Below, one piece after another: positions 48,701-60,128 of a stretch of DNA of 64,000 bases (positions within the stretch are counted from its first letter, which is position 1; every line of letters begins with the position of its first letter). Both the position numbers and the translations under genes were made by a program. Source of the DNA: Sporopachydermia quercuum (taxonomy: Eukaryota); assembly GCA_001599295.1 (NCBI GenBank), contig BCGN01000001.1, positions 1,612,001-1,676,000 on the forward strand, in the 5' to 3' direction. The notes under the pieces are model-generated. The model did not search any database. It was not told the origin of the DNA and was given only the letters and a program-made list of their open reading frames with translations.

Positions 48701-49946
48701 ATACTCAGAATTAATTCCTTGGTTCAACAACAGTTATGTTATTCCTTTATATGAGGGAAATAGTGTTAATAAAGAAATTACTAAACCAGCCAGCGTTTCT
48801 AGCTCGGGTGATCAGAACTCAATTTATGATTCCGACAAAGGTAAAGATAAAGATGACTCAATGANAGGTAGTCCACAAGGGTTCAATGGAACAGGAACTG
48901 GAGATGCTCCTGCATTACGGTTCAAGAAGCTTGAATCTTCAGTTTTAGAGACCTTACGGCAGGGATCAGCTAATGATGACAGACTTACTGGTGCAGAAGA
49001 AAGCGATGAAGATATAAGACCTTATTATGCTTCTTCAGATAGTCCAAAGGCACAATTGAACCGCGAGGAGACGTTATTAAGTAGAACTACTTCCGATAGT
49101 CTTAAAAGTGAAAGTATTGATGGTTTAGACTGGATGGAAACAACAGATGCACATAGAAGAGTAAACCAGTATTCTATAAAGTTAAGAAGAGAAAAAGAAA
49201 GATTAGCTCTAGGACTTGATATGGGTCCCCATGTATCATCACAGAAAAGTTATTTTTGCTTTGACTCTAATGTATGGATATCACACAGCGGGAAGCTTTA
49301 TAAGCAAATCGATGGAGGGTCAATCAAAGCTGCTATACCGATTATGGTCTTAGTGGAATTGAAAACATTAAAGTATCACGATGGTGTTGTATTAACTGAA
49401 AGGGCATCAAGGGCTATTCAAATCATCAATCAACTTCTTAGGAAAAATCTGATTATTGTTCTAGGACCCAATGGGCCGTTGAATATCGATGTTTCCGTTG
49501 CTTCTGTTACTAAAATTTTGGAACAGGTGGATGTTGATGCATTGATAGTGGCCTTGAATAACGAAAATGCTAATGGGGAAGAAAAAATGAGATCCAAAAT
49601 GAATATGGATGGTTTGATTATTCGTNTGGTCAAAAACTATGACAGCGTTCTCAAGAAAGAAGAAGACTTGAGATCTATGATTAGCAGTGGATCATCTCAG
49701 AACACTGCTGATGACCTTCAATCAATTTCTTCAGTTGTTTCAATGGATACTGATAGGCAGGAAAACGTTGATATAGCACTAAAAGCTAATATAAACAGTC
49801 AAGGCACCAATGTTCCATTGTCATATGCTGTTCTTATTACAGATGATAAGAACATGAGATTGCAAGCATTGGCCAATAAAGTAGAGTGTCACTCGTTAAG
49901 TTGGTTCTTTGAAGCAAGTGCCAACATAAATGGCGGGATTGACTAG
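45729..49946 (+). CDS. ESL1: EST1/SMG5-6-like protein with C-terminal PIN domain (Esl1/Esl2 family), 1405 aa
   Basis: EST1/14-3-3-like region (IPSRLRSFGIFNFLEILK, WAEDLGDLSK, GRIYYH) and PIN motifs FCFDSNVW, VLVEL, ITDDKNM; synteny with MCM10 and PCC1. Confidence 0.8.
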   Translation: MERGVPNYEDLLQNQAQAQAQGQSQGQMPVQGQPQLQHNIYTTEDGHLTPISGRRILASTFVPGNLAINQSSTSINAVNATSVDTSTNRDLSIPNTPVLSTAHPHHTHPTIGGSLNTHHNTSGSNNQMKQSNLQNNSDALRLATSISPFPSSTNIKSMNISSASQSPVGSHAVPTYRQFSSSPAPVPAPVQVQASTPGLVAATVLAGTPASTPSTIGIGMQRVRSSSSSLSSTSTGHSWETDKSNQAIREKLSAMIPTIGQLELEVSEKGKYFSKKIQMLSTVSSLEMPVTVNTYVRKKEELLRFSDELWKLCRSHTTLIDLYHDFLSYAYRSGGTEYSQKIVVNYKIPSRLRSFGIFNFLEILKLFLITYFELDSRCNTSKFSGSSSSGYNSYASQSGSIPGSAMTSLPPSSLSMTAAAAVVNASSLLHRMAPNTYEELAALFISYSFSILTTLVESPYKCTHIWAEDLGDLSKFAINWYRVREIDWKVSAEFWYMFASRLLTGQGRIYYHQALVSMEGLESLYLLSKSLTASESYLPSRKVIAALLKEQSLSRINSRVIPSVESNILYFFVSHKYIFEVANSASLPRLKYNDAPSKAAGISANARMKKSSLEAQDFERNCDRIFRDIETMSRQQDALTLESHFWIVPGAGVRKPINSNYGVAGQYKSRSIDNLLEHEDHYIFWFQRGSPFAIITISHFINFDEGNLFSKLFKCDPERGDANSETGTNNFEVEKSRLLLQILEIKPEIAFFSMSMLKSYTLLPTAIGAPHVLVWLHFITATLIAVKRQHEEELRITAKTNGAFMSGKRKSIPRYEMLIKLLWARIVPWNHIVTFLNKIMVHVNEHAALDPEVSHIVSIFELWAQAGNLDRMVTSNVLPEEWRLLGIKWMDYVSKFRNCEGVDLQVEASSISADSLLDSVVDQNALDTPFAGDVAYKSNTLIRYSKIATLGKYLANSSVIAIHFNEESKLFGLDERKFKLFDNEVEFFGQIYSELIPWFNNSYVIPLYEGNSVNKEITKPASVSSSGDQNSIYDSDKGKDKDDSMXGSPQGFNGTGTGDAPALRFKKLESSVLETLRQGSANDDRLTGAEESDEDIRPYYASSDSPKAQLNREETLLSRTTSDSLKSESIDGLDWMETTDAHRRVNQYSIKLRREKERLALGLDMGPHVSSQKSYFCFDSNVWISHSGKLYKQIDGGSIKAAIPIMVLVELKTLKYHDGVVLTERASRAIQIINQLLRKNLIIVLGPNGPLNIDVSVASVTKILEQVDVDALIVALNNENANGEEKMRSKMNMDGLIIRXVKNYDSVLKKEEDLRSMISSGSSQNTADDLQSISSVVSMDTDRQENVDIALKANINSQGTNVPLSYAVLITDDKNMRLQALANKVECHSLSWFFEASANINGGID

Positions 49947-50171
49947 GTGTGCACTTTGATAGTATTTATGTTGAAAATCAGAATATATATATTAATACAG
50001 TTACTCATTACTATTGTGGTAATGATGTAATGCTCATTAAAAAGGTTTACTGAATAGTACGTTACTATTAAGAACAGTTGCAATAAAAGTTAGTAAAATA
50101 AGGTTAAGCTTCATATTAGCTCAAACCTTAAGTTCAAAGTAACTTGAAGAACAGTATTTATTGTTAATAAA

Positions 50172-50228
50172 CACATCCATACATACATCCATACATATAT
50201 ATATATATATATACACATACAAACATAT
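50172..50228. repeat. Compound microsatellite (ACATCCATACAT)x2 + (AT)n
   Basis: Visible directly in the intergenic sequence. Confidence 0.85.
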
Positions 50229-50852
50229 AACAAACTTTATCAAACGGTTTGATTACCTGTGATTTTCTTTAGATATTTTGGGACACTGAACTTTAGCAGG
50301 CAACTGTCTGGAATACATGGTGAAAAATATATTGTAGGTCGAATGAGTTGAACACCTAATTAAGGTTGGGGGTTTATAGATTAAGTTTAGGTATTCTGTC
50401 TAGTTTGGTGGTTCTTGAGATTATCTTACCAAAACTTCTCATAATTTATCTATTGTTTCGAAACTTCAACCTTTAAGAGTTCCAAATTGAATTGCTATTT
50501 ATAATCAACTGCTTCTATTATATAATTTTCATTTTCATTAGCTCTCAAATCATAGCAAATCAGCACAAGATGACCAAGAGAAAAACATTTTGATTAAAGT
50601 TCGTAATTTTCTCAATAACTTATGTAATAACGTAATATAATATTATGAATCATTATTTAAATGTGAAACTCACGATAGAACATCTAACAATTACTATCTT
50701 TTGGCATTTAAGTCTTATCATATTTATCAACAAGCCCAACTTTTCGGTATTTGAGGCCGAAACCGTGCAAAATATTATAGAGATGACTAATCTTGCATCT
50801 TTACTTTGTTTTACTGGTAGTTCAAGTTTCAAGATGAGCACTGANTATTCAC

Positions 50853-51890
50853 ATGGCAGACAGAAGAAACAAAGAGCCGCTAAAGACCAAACCATTAAAA
50901 ATGTTCTCTTCTTCTCTACAAGATAGATTCAAACGAATACGAAAAGATGAAACCCAAGATACTTTTAAATCGAGTGCTAACTCAGCTGAATACATGGATA
51001 GAATAAATGTTAGAACGCCACAGAAGCAAACAGATAAACCAGGTAACAGAAGCTTGTCTTCCTTCTTCAGAAGATCCGGTGATAAATCATCAAGCATCGA
51101 AAAAGCTAGCCCTTTAGAAAGCAACCAGTTAAATAATGAGGCTATGAATGGAATCCTTGTAGGTTCTGGGAGCAATGATTACCTTTCTACTGACCAAGTT
51201 TCTACCCCTACTAATACTGCGAAGAAACGGCAATCAATGAATTCTCTATTTACTAGACGTCTTAGAACTCCAGACAAATCACCGTTTAGATCATTAGCTA
51301 TTGATGACAACACAAGCAGTTCTTTGTTACCTAGTAGAGCGATGGATTTTGGAGAGTCTTCTCTAGGTAAACTTACTATTGATGCTTTAATTCAAACTCT
51401 TTCATGGATTGATGTTACAGGTTTTAGTTATCTGGAGAGAGCTAAGACTGTATCAAGTAGTAGTGCTATGAACGTCAATATGAATTCTTTGAAAGAAAGA
51501 AAGATAATTGATGGAAGTGTGGATGCCCGTGATAGTTGCTGTCATATTGATAATAGTAAAGAAGAAAGCGGTTTGCATGAGATGAAGGATGCAGGGTATT
51601 ATAAACGTGGTTCTGATGTTGAGAATAACAATGCCAAAGAACCGGTTTTTGAAGTAAAAAGTGTTGATAGATTCAACAATTTCTCATATTTAGTTGAGCT
51701 ATATGATAATGAGAAACAAGTAGAACTAAAATGTTTGCTGCTTGATATGAAAGGAACTGCAGATATCAAGGTCGATTATAATGTCTGTTTTCACAAGTTT
51801 GAACCATTACATTACTTAGCACATACAGAGTGTGATGGTTTCAATGAAGGAATACCAGTTTATCATAAATGGAGTTTGATCTTCAAGTAA
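50853..51890 (+). CDS. Hypothetical protein, 345 aa: S/T/K/R-rich N-terminus and beta-rich C-terminal domain
   Basis: ATG-initiated 1-kb ORF (A at -3) in AT-rich DNA; no family recognised with confidence. Confidence 0.8.
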   Translation: MADRRNKEPLKTKPLKMFSSSLQDRFKRIRKDETQDTFKSSANSAEYMDRINVRTPQKQTDKPGNRSLSSFFRRSGDKSSSIEKASPLESNQLNNEAMNGILVGSGSNDYLSTDQVSTPTNTAKKRQSMNSLFTRRLRTPDKSPFRSLAIDDNTSSSLLPSRAMDFGESSLGKLTIDALIQTLSWIDVTGFSYLERAKTVSSSSAMNVNMNSLKERKIIDGSVDARDSCCHIDNSKEESGLHEMKDAGYYKRGSDVENNNAKEPVFEVKSVDRFNNFSYLVELYDNEKQVELKCLLLDMKGTADIKVDYNVCFHKFEPLHYLAHTECDGFNEGIPVYHKWSLIFK

Positions 51891-52671
51891 TGTTTGAAGA
51901 ATACTTCAGTGCTAATGGCGACTTATGCCAAATGGTTCTCGGTTACGAGATGTTAGAATATTTCGAACGGTAGAATCGATAAACCACGAAGGACAGCATT
52001 TCTCAATAATCAAGACTAGCTGTTTTGCTGTATGACTTTTGTTCTTAGTATTAAATGTGAGAGATTCTGCCTGAAAGGTCACGGGTGATAGANATTTGAT
52101 TAGAAATCTACAACACTCTGTGAATTATGGATTCTAACTGGTCGTATTAATACTGTAACAACGGCAGGAAGAAAAACTTGAAAATGCAATTCTTGAGAAA
52201 ATTCTACTGGTCTTTGTAGTGAACTGGAAAGTTCATTGTAAATAATTGAGTAGTAATCTCACTACTTCACTCATATTTGAAATTTCTTGATTGGTTCGTC
52301 TATTCATTTACTTTTGGCTATCCTTTACGTAAGCTTACTAGCCTCTCCAATGGAAAGACATTTCCCCAAAGGTCAGAAAAATCTATTCATCTACAACATG
52401 AATAATTAAGTTCAGTCGAAATATACCTGTTGAAACTCTTGTATGTAGCACATTTAAATTCAACTAAGGCCGGTTTAAGACTGAGCCCATGCAACTCACA
52501 TACAGTAGATGTTCATGTATAACAGTAAAGGTTATTCCTAATATGCGCATCATCAATCATTGTCCTTATATTCATCATTAATTTAAGATTAGTTCATTGT
52601 TCTCTTCGATCGATATATGATATATCTTCCTCATTGACATTCTTACGATTTATCATTTCCGAAATTTATCC

Positions 52672-53413
52672 TCACGTGAAAAAGTTTATGATTTAGAGTT
52701 CTCGTTTAAACCCTAAGTCCTTTTACAGAAGTTCGAGAGTCGTTCTGGAGACCTTTTTAAAAACTGACTCAGTGATTCACCTATACTCAAAAAGTATCAA
52801 AAAAAGGAAACTTCACAGGAATTCCCCTAGTAAAAAATTATCACTGATTAAAATTATCAACAAAGTTTTCTGACTCGGTGGAAATACCTTAAAATATCAA
52901 AGTGCACTAATTAAACAAAGTGCAACGCCTACAAACATGGATAACTTCCTTTTAACATGGCATCCACAGGTTGATCATTATACCTTATCAATATCTACCA
53001 TTACCTTCAGCAAATACTTTGAAGTTTTCACTAGAATGACTATTATTCTACTAAAATACATACATTTCCCACCTTTTTGAACGCCGTTAGTTTCATTTGT
53101 GACTCATTATTCCCTCATTTACCCGTAGAAATAGAATTCTTTCGTTCTTTACTATTGGTCAGTAGTCCCCAGCAATGTCAAACAAGTGTGATTGATACAT
53201 GTAGAATTACCCGACTGCATCGATACCATAGAAATCATACAGCAAACTGCATATTTTGACGCCGATGAGGTCGCTTTCTGCATTCTTACCTGCCTAATTG
53301 AGGAAAATCAATCACGTGTAAAATTTTGTTAAAGCAGAAAAAGTGAAAAATATAGAGATTTGAAGCGGGAACTAGAAACGAGAATTGGAAGCTGGTTAAA
53401 GTAAAAATTTTCA
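52672..53413. promoter_or_regulatory. MIS1 upstream region: TGACTC(A) x3 (52765, 52871, 53100), CACGTG x2 (52673, 53313), PAC-like CGATGAG (53263), RRPE-like AAAAATTTTCA (53403)
   Basis: Direct matches to Bas1/Gcn4, Cbf1/Pho4 and Ribi consensus motifs. Confidence 0.55.
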
Positions 53414-53649
53414 ATGAAGGTATTCATTCTTGTTATTCAGTCCTTGGCCTTCATTTAGAGATATTTTTATTTGTATTTATGCCCCTTGTGAGGATATGAT
53501 TGTAGTCAGAATATCATAGTGACAGGTAGTGTTGTATTACCATTTGACAGGAATCTCAAGCGAAGAGGTATTGGTCAAATATTAAAATCACGGATTGAGG
53601 TTGGCTTGCAGGAGGTTTCGAAAAGATAACAAAACGATTCATAGAGAAA

Positions 53650-56648
53650 ATGCTTAGATTATCTACATCGACCATCAGAAGGCATCTGGTTTCAAGTAGG
53701 CTAGTTAACTCTAGTAGTATTAGGTTATTCAATAGCTCATCGCTATTACTACGAGCTGATGTCTTAAACGGCAAACAAATTGCAAAGTATGTACACAATT
53801 GCTCAAAAATCATTGACAGCCTCAATTTAGGTATTTCAACTAACAAAAAATTATTTAAAGAGAGTTGAGAAATGCTGTTGCATCCGATGTTCAAGCTATT
53901 AAGGCTCTGCATCCACGATTCAGTCCTAAGTTAGTAATCATACAAGTAGGTGCCAGATCTGATTCATCTGCCTACGTTCGTATGAAGCTCAAGGCTGCTA
54001 AAGAAGCAAATATTGAATGTGAGCACGTTACTTTCGACGAAAATATCTCTGAAGAAGAAGTTCTTGAACGAATTGATAGATTTAACAACGATCCATCTGT
54101 TCATGGTATTTTAGTTCAACTACCGTTGCCGAAACAGATCTCTGAAGTAGACATTACTAATGCTGTCATTCCTGAAAAGGACGTTGACGGATTCTGTCGT
54201 TATAACGTTGGTGAGCTTGCTAAGAGAGGTGGAACTCCAAAATTTATTCCTTGCACTCCTAATGGCGTTATGTATATTCTAGAATCATCAGGTGTCAAAA
54301 TTGAAGGTAAAAGAGTAGTGGTTCTTGGCAGGTCAGATATTGTCGGCAATCCTGTGTCATACTTATTAAAGAATGCTGATGCTACTGTAACTGTGTGTCA
54401 TAGTAGAACTGCAAACCTAAAGGAGATTGTGAAGGAGGCTGATATTGTTGTAGCAGCTATCGGTAAACCCGAATTCGTTACTGCTGATATGTTGAAACCA
54501 GGTGCAGTTGTGGTTGACGTTGGTATAAATTACATTCCTGATTCAAGTAAAAAATCAGGGAAAAGATTAGTTGGTGATGTCAAATATGATGACTGTGCTG
54601 AAGTCGCCTCTAAAATAACTCCTGTTCCTGGCGGAGTTGGCCCAATGACTGTTGCAATGCTTGTTCAAAACGTTGTGAAATCTGCTAAAGATGCTTGTAC
54701 TAAGGATAAATCAAGAAAAGTTGAACCTTTGCAGATAGAACCAATAACTCCAACTCCTTCGGATATTGCTATATCCAGAGCTCAAAGACCTAAGAGAATA
54801 ACTAAATTAGCAAAAGAATTGGGTGTTGGTGATACTGAAGTTGAACCATTTGGTCACCATAAAGCAAAGGTCTCATTAGATGTCTATGACAGACTAAAAC
54901 ATAGAGAAAACGGTTATTATATTCTAGTAGCTGGTATAACTCCTACGCCTTTAGGTGAAGGTAAATCAACTACTACAATGGGCATTGTTCAAGCATTATC
55001 CAGCCATCTGGACAAAGTTGCAATCGCCAATGTTCGTCAACCTAGTATGGGGCCTACTTTTGGTGTTAAAGGTGGTGCTGCTGGTGGTGGATATGCACAA
55101 GTTATTCCTATGGATGAATTCAACATGCATTTAACTGGTGATATTCACGCTATTTCTGCTGCTACCAATTTATTAGCCGCTGCTATCGACACACGCATGT
55201 TTCACGAGGCTACTCAAAAGAATGATAAAACATTCTATGGTAGATTAGTACCTAAGAAAAATGGAGTAAGGAAGTTTTCTAGAGGAATGCTGGAAAGATT
55301 AGCAAAACTTGGTATCAATAAGACAGATCCTGATGATTTAACACCAGAAGAGATCAAGATATTTGCGAGATTGAATATTGATCCTGATACAATTACTTGG
55401 AAACGTGTTGTTGATGTGAATGATCGTCATTTGAGAGAAATCACTATCAATCAAGCTCCTACTGAAAAAGGGCTTATACGTAAAACAGGTTTTGATATTA
55501 CNGTAGCGTCCGAATTAATGGCCATCTTAGCGTTGTCAACATCACTCAAAGATATGAGGCAGAGAATTGGTAAAATTGTTGTTGCATCCTCCAAATCTGG
55601 TGTGCCAATTACCGTTGAAGACATTTGTGCCGGTGGAGCTATTACTGCTCTGATAAAAGATACTATAAAGCCAAACTTGATGCAATCATTAGAAGGATCT
55701 CCAGTCTTTGTTCATGCTGGTCCTTTTGCTAATATTTCCATTGGTGCTTCATCTATTGTTGCAGATAAGCTTGCATTGAAACTTGCTGGTTCTGAACCTG
55801 ACGAACCAATTTCTAAAAAAGGCTTTGTGGTTACTGAAGCTGGTTTTGATTTCACTATGGGAGGTGAAAGATTTTTCAATATCAAGTGTAGAACTTCTGG
55901 TTTAACTCCTGATACTGTGGTCATTGTTGCTACTGTTCGAGCATTGAAACTTCATGGCGGCGCTCCTGATGTTAAACCAGGCTCAGTACTACCTGAAGAA
56001 TATACTCAAGAAAGTGTAGATTTGGTAAAGAAAGGGTGCGATAATTTAAGAAAACAAATTGAAAATGCTAAGAGCTTCAATGTACCAGTGATCGTTGCTA
56101 TCAACCAATTTGCTACAGATACTGAAGCTGAGTTGGGAGTCATCAGACAAGAAGCTTTGGCAGCTGGTGCGACTGATGCAGTTGCCACTAATCATTACTC
56201 TCAAGGTGGTGCAGGAGCNGTGGATCTCGGTAGAGCTATTATTTCTGCTGTTGAATCCAAACCTGAAAAGTCTCCAATTAACTTCACATACGATTTAAAT
56301 GTTAGTGTTGAAGATAAACTCCGAGCTATTGTTCGTAAGATGTATAATGGTGCTGATATTGAGCTATCTGACTTGGCTAGAGAAAAGATTGATACCTACA
56401 CCAAGCAAGGATTTGGTAATTTACCCATATGTATTGCCAAGACACAATATTCTTTATCGCATGATCCTAAACTAAAGGGTGTGCCAGAAGGCTTTAAGAT
56501 ACCAATCAGAGATGTAAGAGCTAGTGTTGGAGCTGGTTATTTATATGCACTAGCAGCTGACATCATGACGATTCCTGGTCTGTCTACTCATTCTGGATTT
56601 ATGGATGTTGAGGTTGACGATGATGGAAATATTCAAGGTTTGTTTTAG
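53650..56648 (+). CDS. MIS1: Mitochondrial trifunctional C1-tetrahydrofolate synthase; 2 exons (53650-53786, 53861-56648), 974 aa
   Basis: Presequence [13 protein letters not shown]...; intron 53787-53860 (GTATGT/AACTAAC/AAG); dehydrogenase/cyclohydrolase motifs [18 protein letters not shown]; synthetase [17 protein letters not shown]. Confidence 0.93.
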
Positions 56649-57402
56649 CGGGGTTATTATCTTGTAGGATTATTCTTTAGGATAGATGGTGGTGATAGAA
56701 GAAAATGATTGACTGTAGTTGCATTAATAGGAGTATGCTTAATATGGTTTTACAGTTGATTATTCAGTCATGTTACTGTTTGAATGCTCTCCTGTGTATA
56801 ATAAGAAAAAGATCTAAAAGTTCAAAGGTAAATCAAAGAAACCGAGTCATGTCAATTAATAGATAATGCTATATAAATATATAAACAAAGCTGTTCGAGA
56901 ANGATAAGTTTAAGTTTACCTTAGAAACCATGGAAATTTATACCTAAANGGGAATTAGTTAATGATTACTTAATGCAAAAAGTAGAAACCGGAGACAATG
57001 CATGCTGGAATAGATGAATCGTTAGTAGGAACAGTGAAGTGAACCAGATCATTATACTTATTGTGCTTGGTATACGTTGGATCAACGTTTTTGGCAAGCA
57101 AGTATGACTATCTGGAAAGTGATAGTTTGTTCACAAAAAAGCTTTGTTTTAGTGCTTAGTCACTTGTTTTACTTTTCATTCCCCTGCACGATCATCTCCG
57201 TTTTGAAGAATAAATTACCGTGATAAAGACTTACATTTTTACATCGTTTCCGAAATTCTCGTCTCATCAAATTCATCATCTCATTATATTTAATACCTTT
57301 TCAATAAAGCAATTAAATAGTACGTAGTCAAATATAAATCGTTCTCGACTATCTAAATCTCTCTTTTTGCTTCGAAACGCTCTTATCATTTATATCTACA
57401 TA

Positions 57403-59463
57403 ATGAACGCAACGGGAACTACATATCTAGCTGCAAGAACAGCTTGGAGAGCAAATTTGCTAGGCATCAGCAAACTTCGTTTATTTCATGGATCAGCAGT
57501 TGGGTTTCAAGGGTCAAATTCCTCTAAAAGTTCAAAGAAAACGCCGTCTAGAAACATTAGGAAGATTACGTTATACCAGCAGAAGATTCCAAAATATGTA
57601 GAAAAAACTCAAAAATCCCGTGAGAATGAGAAACCTATAACATCATTGGATCTGAGTGAGGAAGATGTAGAAAACAGATTCGACGTCATGATGGTTCAAA
57701 GAGTTGATGATCCAAGAGGCTTCAAAGACTACTACGAACCGAAGATTTTATTGAAGAAGTCATTGCCAAAAAATGCTTCTGTGACCGTTCTAGGAGCAGG
57801 TATCTCAGGTCTGACATTTGCGTATTATCTTAATGCTGTTAGACCTGATATCAAGATACATATTATAGAGAAAAGCTCAAGAGTTGGCGGTTGGATTGAC
57901 GGTAAAGATTTCTCAGTAGAAGATCAAAGTGGGGATCAAATACGTATCAATATTGATTTTGGCCCTCATACTGCAAGGTTACCATCTATTGGTTCAGTTC
58001 TTATGGCTGAGNTTATGGCTCAAATAGGCAGAGGTCATGTAGTGAATACTATCAATGGAGATTTACCCGCTACTAAAGGCTCATACTTACTAAGCAAAAA
58101 CGATTCCATTGTTGGAACTCCTATGTATTCTCCAATGGATTATTTCTGGAGTTCTTTAGGTTGGGGAACACTTTTCCGCATGTTCAGTGAACCTATTGCT
58201 GAACCCAAGGATAATTCTATTAGAGATGAAACAGTTTATTCGTTCATGAGAAGAAGAATTGGTCCCAAGGCTGCTTATAGTTTAGGATCAGCAATGGTTC
58301 ATGGTATCTATGCTGGAGATTTCACCAAGCTCAGTGTACGATCTCTGTTTAAGAAANTTTATTTGGCTGAAGAAAAATATGGGTCATTAGGCAAGTATAT
58401 AATGACTAAAATGATGAATAAAGACAGATCTTTAGACGATGGGATTGTTATAGAGAAAGAAGAAATAGAGAAATACATTAAAGAAAGATATAGTGAGGTG
58501 TTCCCTGATAGAGGACATTTCAGCAAATTGCTCACAGTACCTGAATTCAAACGATTGGGATTAGTGCTTATGGATGGAGGCTTGAAAACATTTACAAAGG
58601 AGCTTTATGAGTATTTGAATGATATTGATAATATTGAATTTCATAACAACAGTGTTGCCACGCGCTTAGACTATGATAAAGATACTAAGATGATTTCTTT
58701 GACCGTTAAAACGTCGAACATAGAAAACAGTCCTAAGGACAGCTCATCACAAGTTATCAAATCATCATACCTGAGAAGTACTGTTGCAGCACCTGAGTTA
58801 GTCACACTTTTCAACAAGCATTCTCCATACGTTTCCACCCATTGTTCTAATATTCCTTACGTTTCTGTTTACGTGGTAAGCTTCTGGATAGCTACAAACA
58901 AACTGAACGAAGAATACAAAGGTTTTGGTTATTTGGTACCTAAGACTCAAGCAACACCTGAACATCTACTGGGAGTTATTTTTGACTCGAATATTGAAAA
59001 GAACAGCATATTATTCTGGGGCAAACATCTCAAACAAGTTATTGGCTACAATCCAAGTAAGATAGAAGCTGAACGAACACCTGATGATATTCCTCAAACT
59101 AAGAGAGTGAAAAACTATTCAAAGGTAACTGTTATGCTTGGCGGTGAGTACTATTCAAATCCAGTGAATATACCTAGGAATGATAAAGAAGCAATAGCTT
59201 TGAGTAAGAACATATTGAAGAGACATGTTGGAATAGATGTTGATTACTATCGAGATGATGAAGTTCTATGTGGAGCTAAGTTGAATGTTGATTGTATTCC
59301 ACAGTACCCAGTTGGATTTGTTGATGCCAATGCAAATGTCCATGATATTGTTTCTGATTTATTTGATGGGAATGTCAGTTTAGGTGGTAGTTCCTTTACT
59401 ACTGAAGTGGGAGTTCCAGATAATGTTAGTGCATCATTTGTAGCTGCTACTTCATTGCAATGA
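57403..59463 (+). CDS. HEM14: Protoporphyrinogen oxidase, about 686 aa
   Basis: FAD-binding VLGAGISGL...EKSSRVGGWI, GPHT, DETVYSF, HGIYAGD, GFGYLVP, LLGVIFDS, IPQYPVG, GVPD. Confidence 0.92.
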   Translation: MNATGTTYLAARTAWRANLLGISKLRLFHGSAVGFQGSNSSKSSKKTPSRNIRKITLYQQKIPKYVEKTQKSRENEKPITSLDLSEEDVENRFDVMMVQRVDDPRGFKDYYEPKILLKKSLPKNASVTVLGAGISGLTFAYYLNAVRPDIKIHIIEKSSRVGGWIDGKDFSVEDQSGDQIRINIDFGPHTARLPSIGSVLMAEXMAQIGRGHVVNTINGDLPATKGSYLLSKNDSIVGTPMYSPMDYFWSSLGWGTLFRMFSEPIAEPKDNSIRDETVYSFMRRRIGPKAAYSLGSAMVHGIYAGDFTKLSVRSLFKKXYLAEEKYGSLGKYIMTKMMNKDRSLDDGIVIEKEEIEKYIKERYSEVFPDRGHFSKLLTVPEFKRLGLVLMDGGLKTFTKELYEYLNDIDNIEFHNNSVATRLDYDKDTKMISLTVKTSNIENSPKDSSSQVIKSSYLRSTVAAPELVTLFNKHSPYVSTHCSNIPYVSVYVVSFWIATNKLNEEYKGFGYLVPKTQATPEHLLGVIFDSNIEKNSILFWGKHLKQVIGYNPSKIEAERTPDDIPQTKRVKNYSKVTVMLGGEYYSNPVNIPRNDKEAIALSKNILKRHVGIDVDYYRDDEVLCGAKLNVDCIPQYPVGFVDANANVHDIVSDLFDGNVSLGGSSFTTEVGVPDNVSASFVAATSLQ

Positions 59464-60128
59464 GTGATTTTTGGAGGAGTACATGTTACTGTTGAAACAA
59501 GAGATGCATAGACTATATAAGTTGTCCTGTAAATAAATATTTTATAAAAGATGCTATTATTCTGTATATATATATAGCTTGTAGTATTGATAATCACATC
59601 AAATGAATGTCCACCGTTGGTTAGCATCAGATAGATGCCAATATTAATAGTCTCACGAACACCGCTTTAGTTACTTCTCAATCCCGGAAGTAATATCAGT
59701 ACTCTGTTTCTCCAATACCGGAAATAATTTTAAATCATCATCTCAATCTTTTCCATTTTTCAATTTCATATGTTTGAAATTGACCATTTGCATTTTGAGT
59801 CAGTAGCTTCCAATTATTTTCCAGTGGAGAGACGGTCAGAAGAGCACTTATTACTATTAATAATTAGTCAATTGGGGTACAATCGGTAGTATTAATATTA
59901 AGACAAAGATTAATTTGAGCTCATAAAAGTCGAAAATGATGAATGTTGACAGTATGATACATGATTTGTTGAATAGTGTTGCGTTACAGTTGATGTAAAT
60001 GACATCAGAATCTGTAGCTGTTGGATGCTATAGATCACTAAGCTTATGGAGTACATCTGATGGTTGTTTTCGAAGATAACAGAAATAGTAAAAAAAGAAA
60101 CCTGAGGAAAGGTCAATTAATTTCTACA

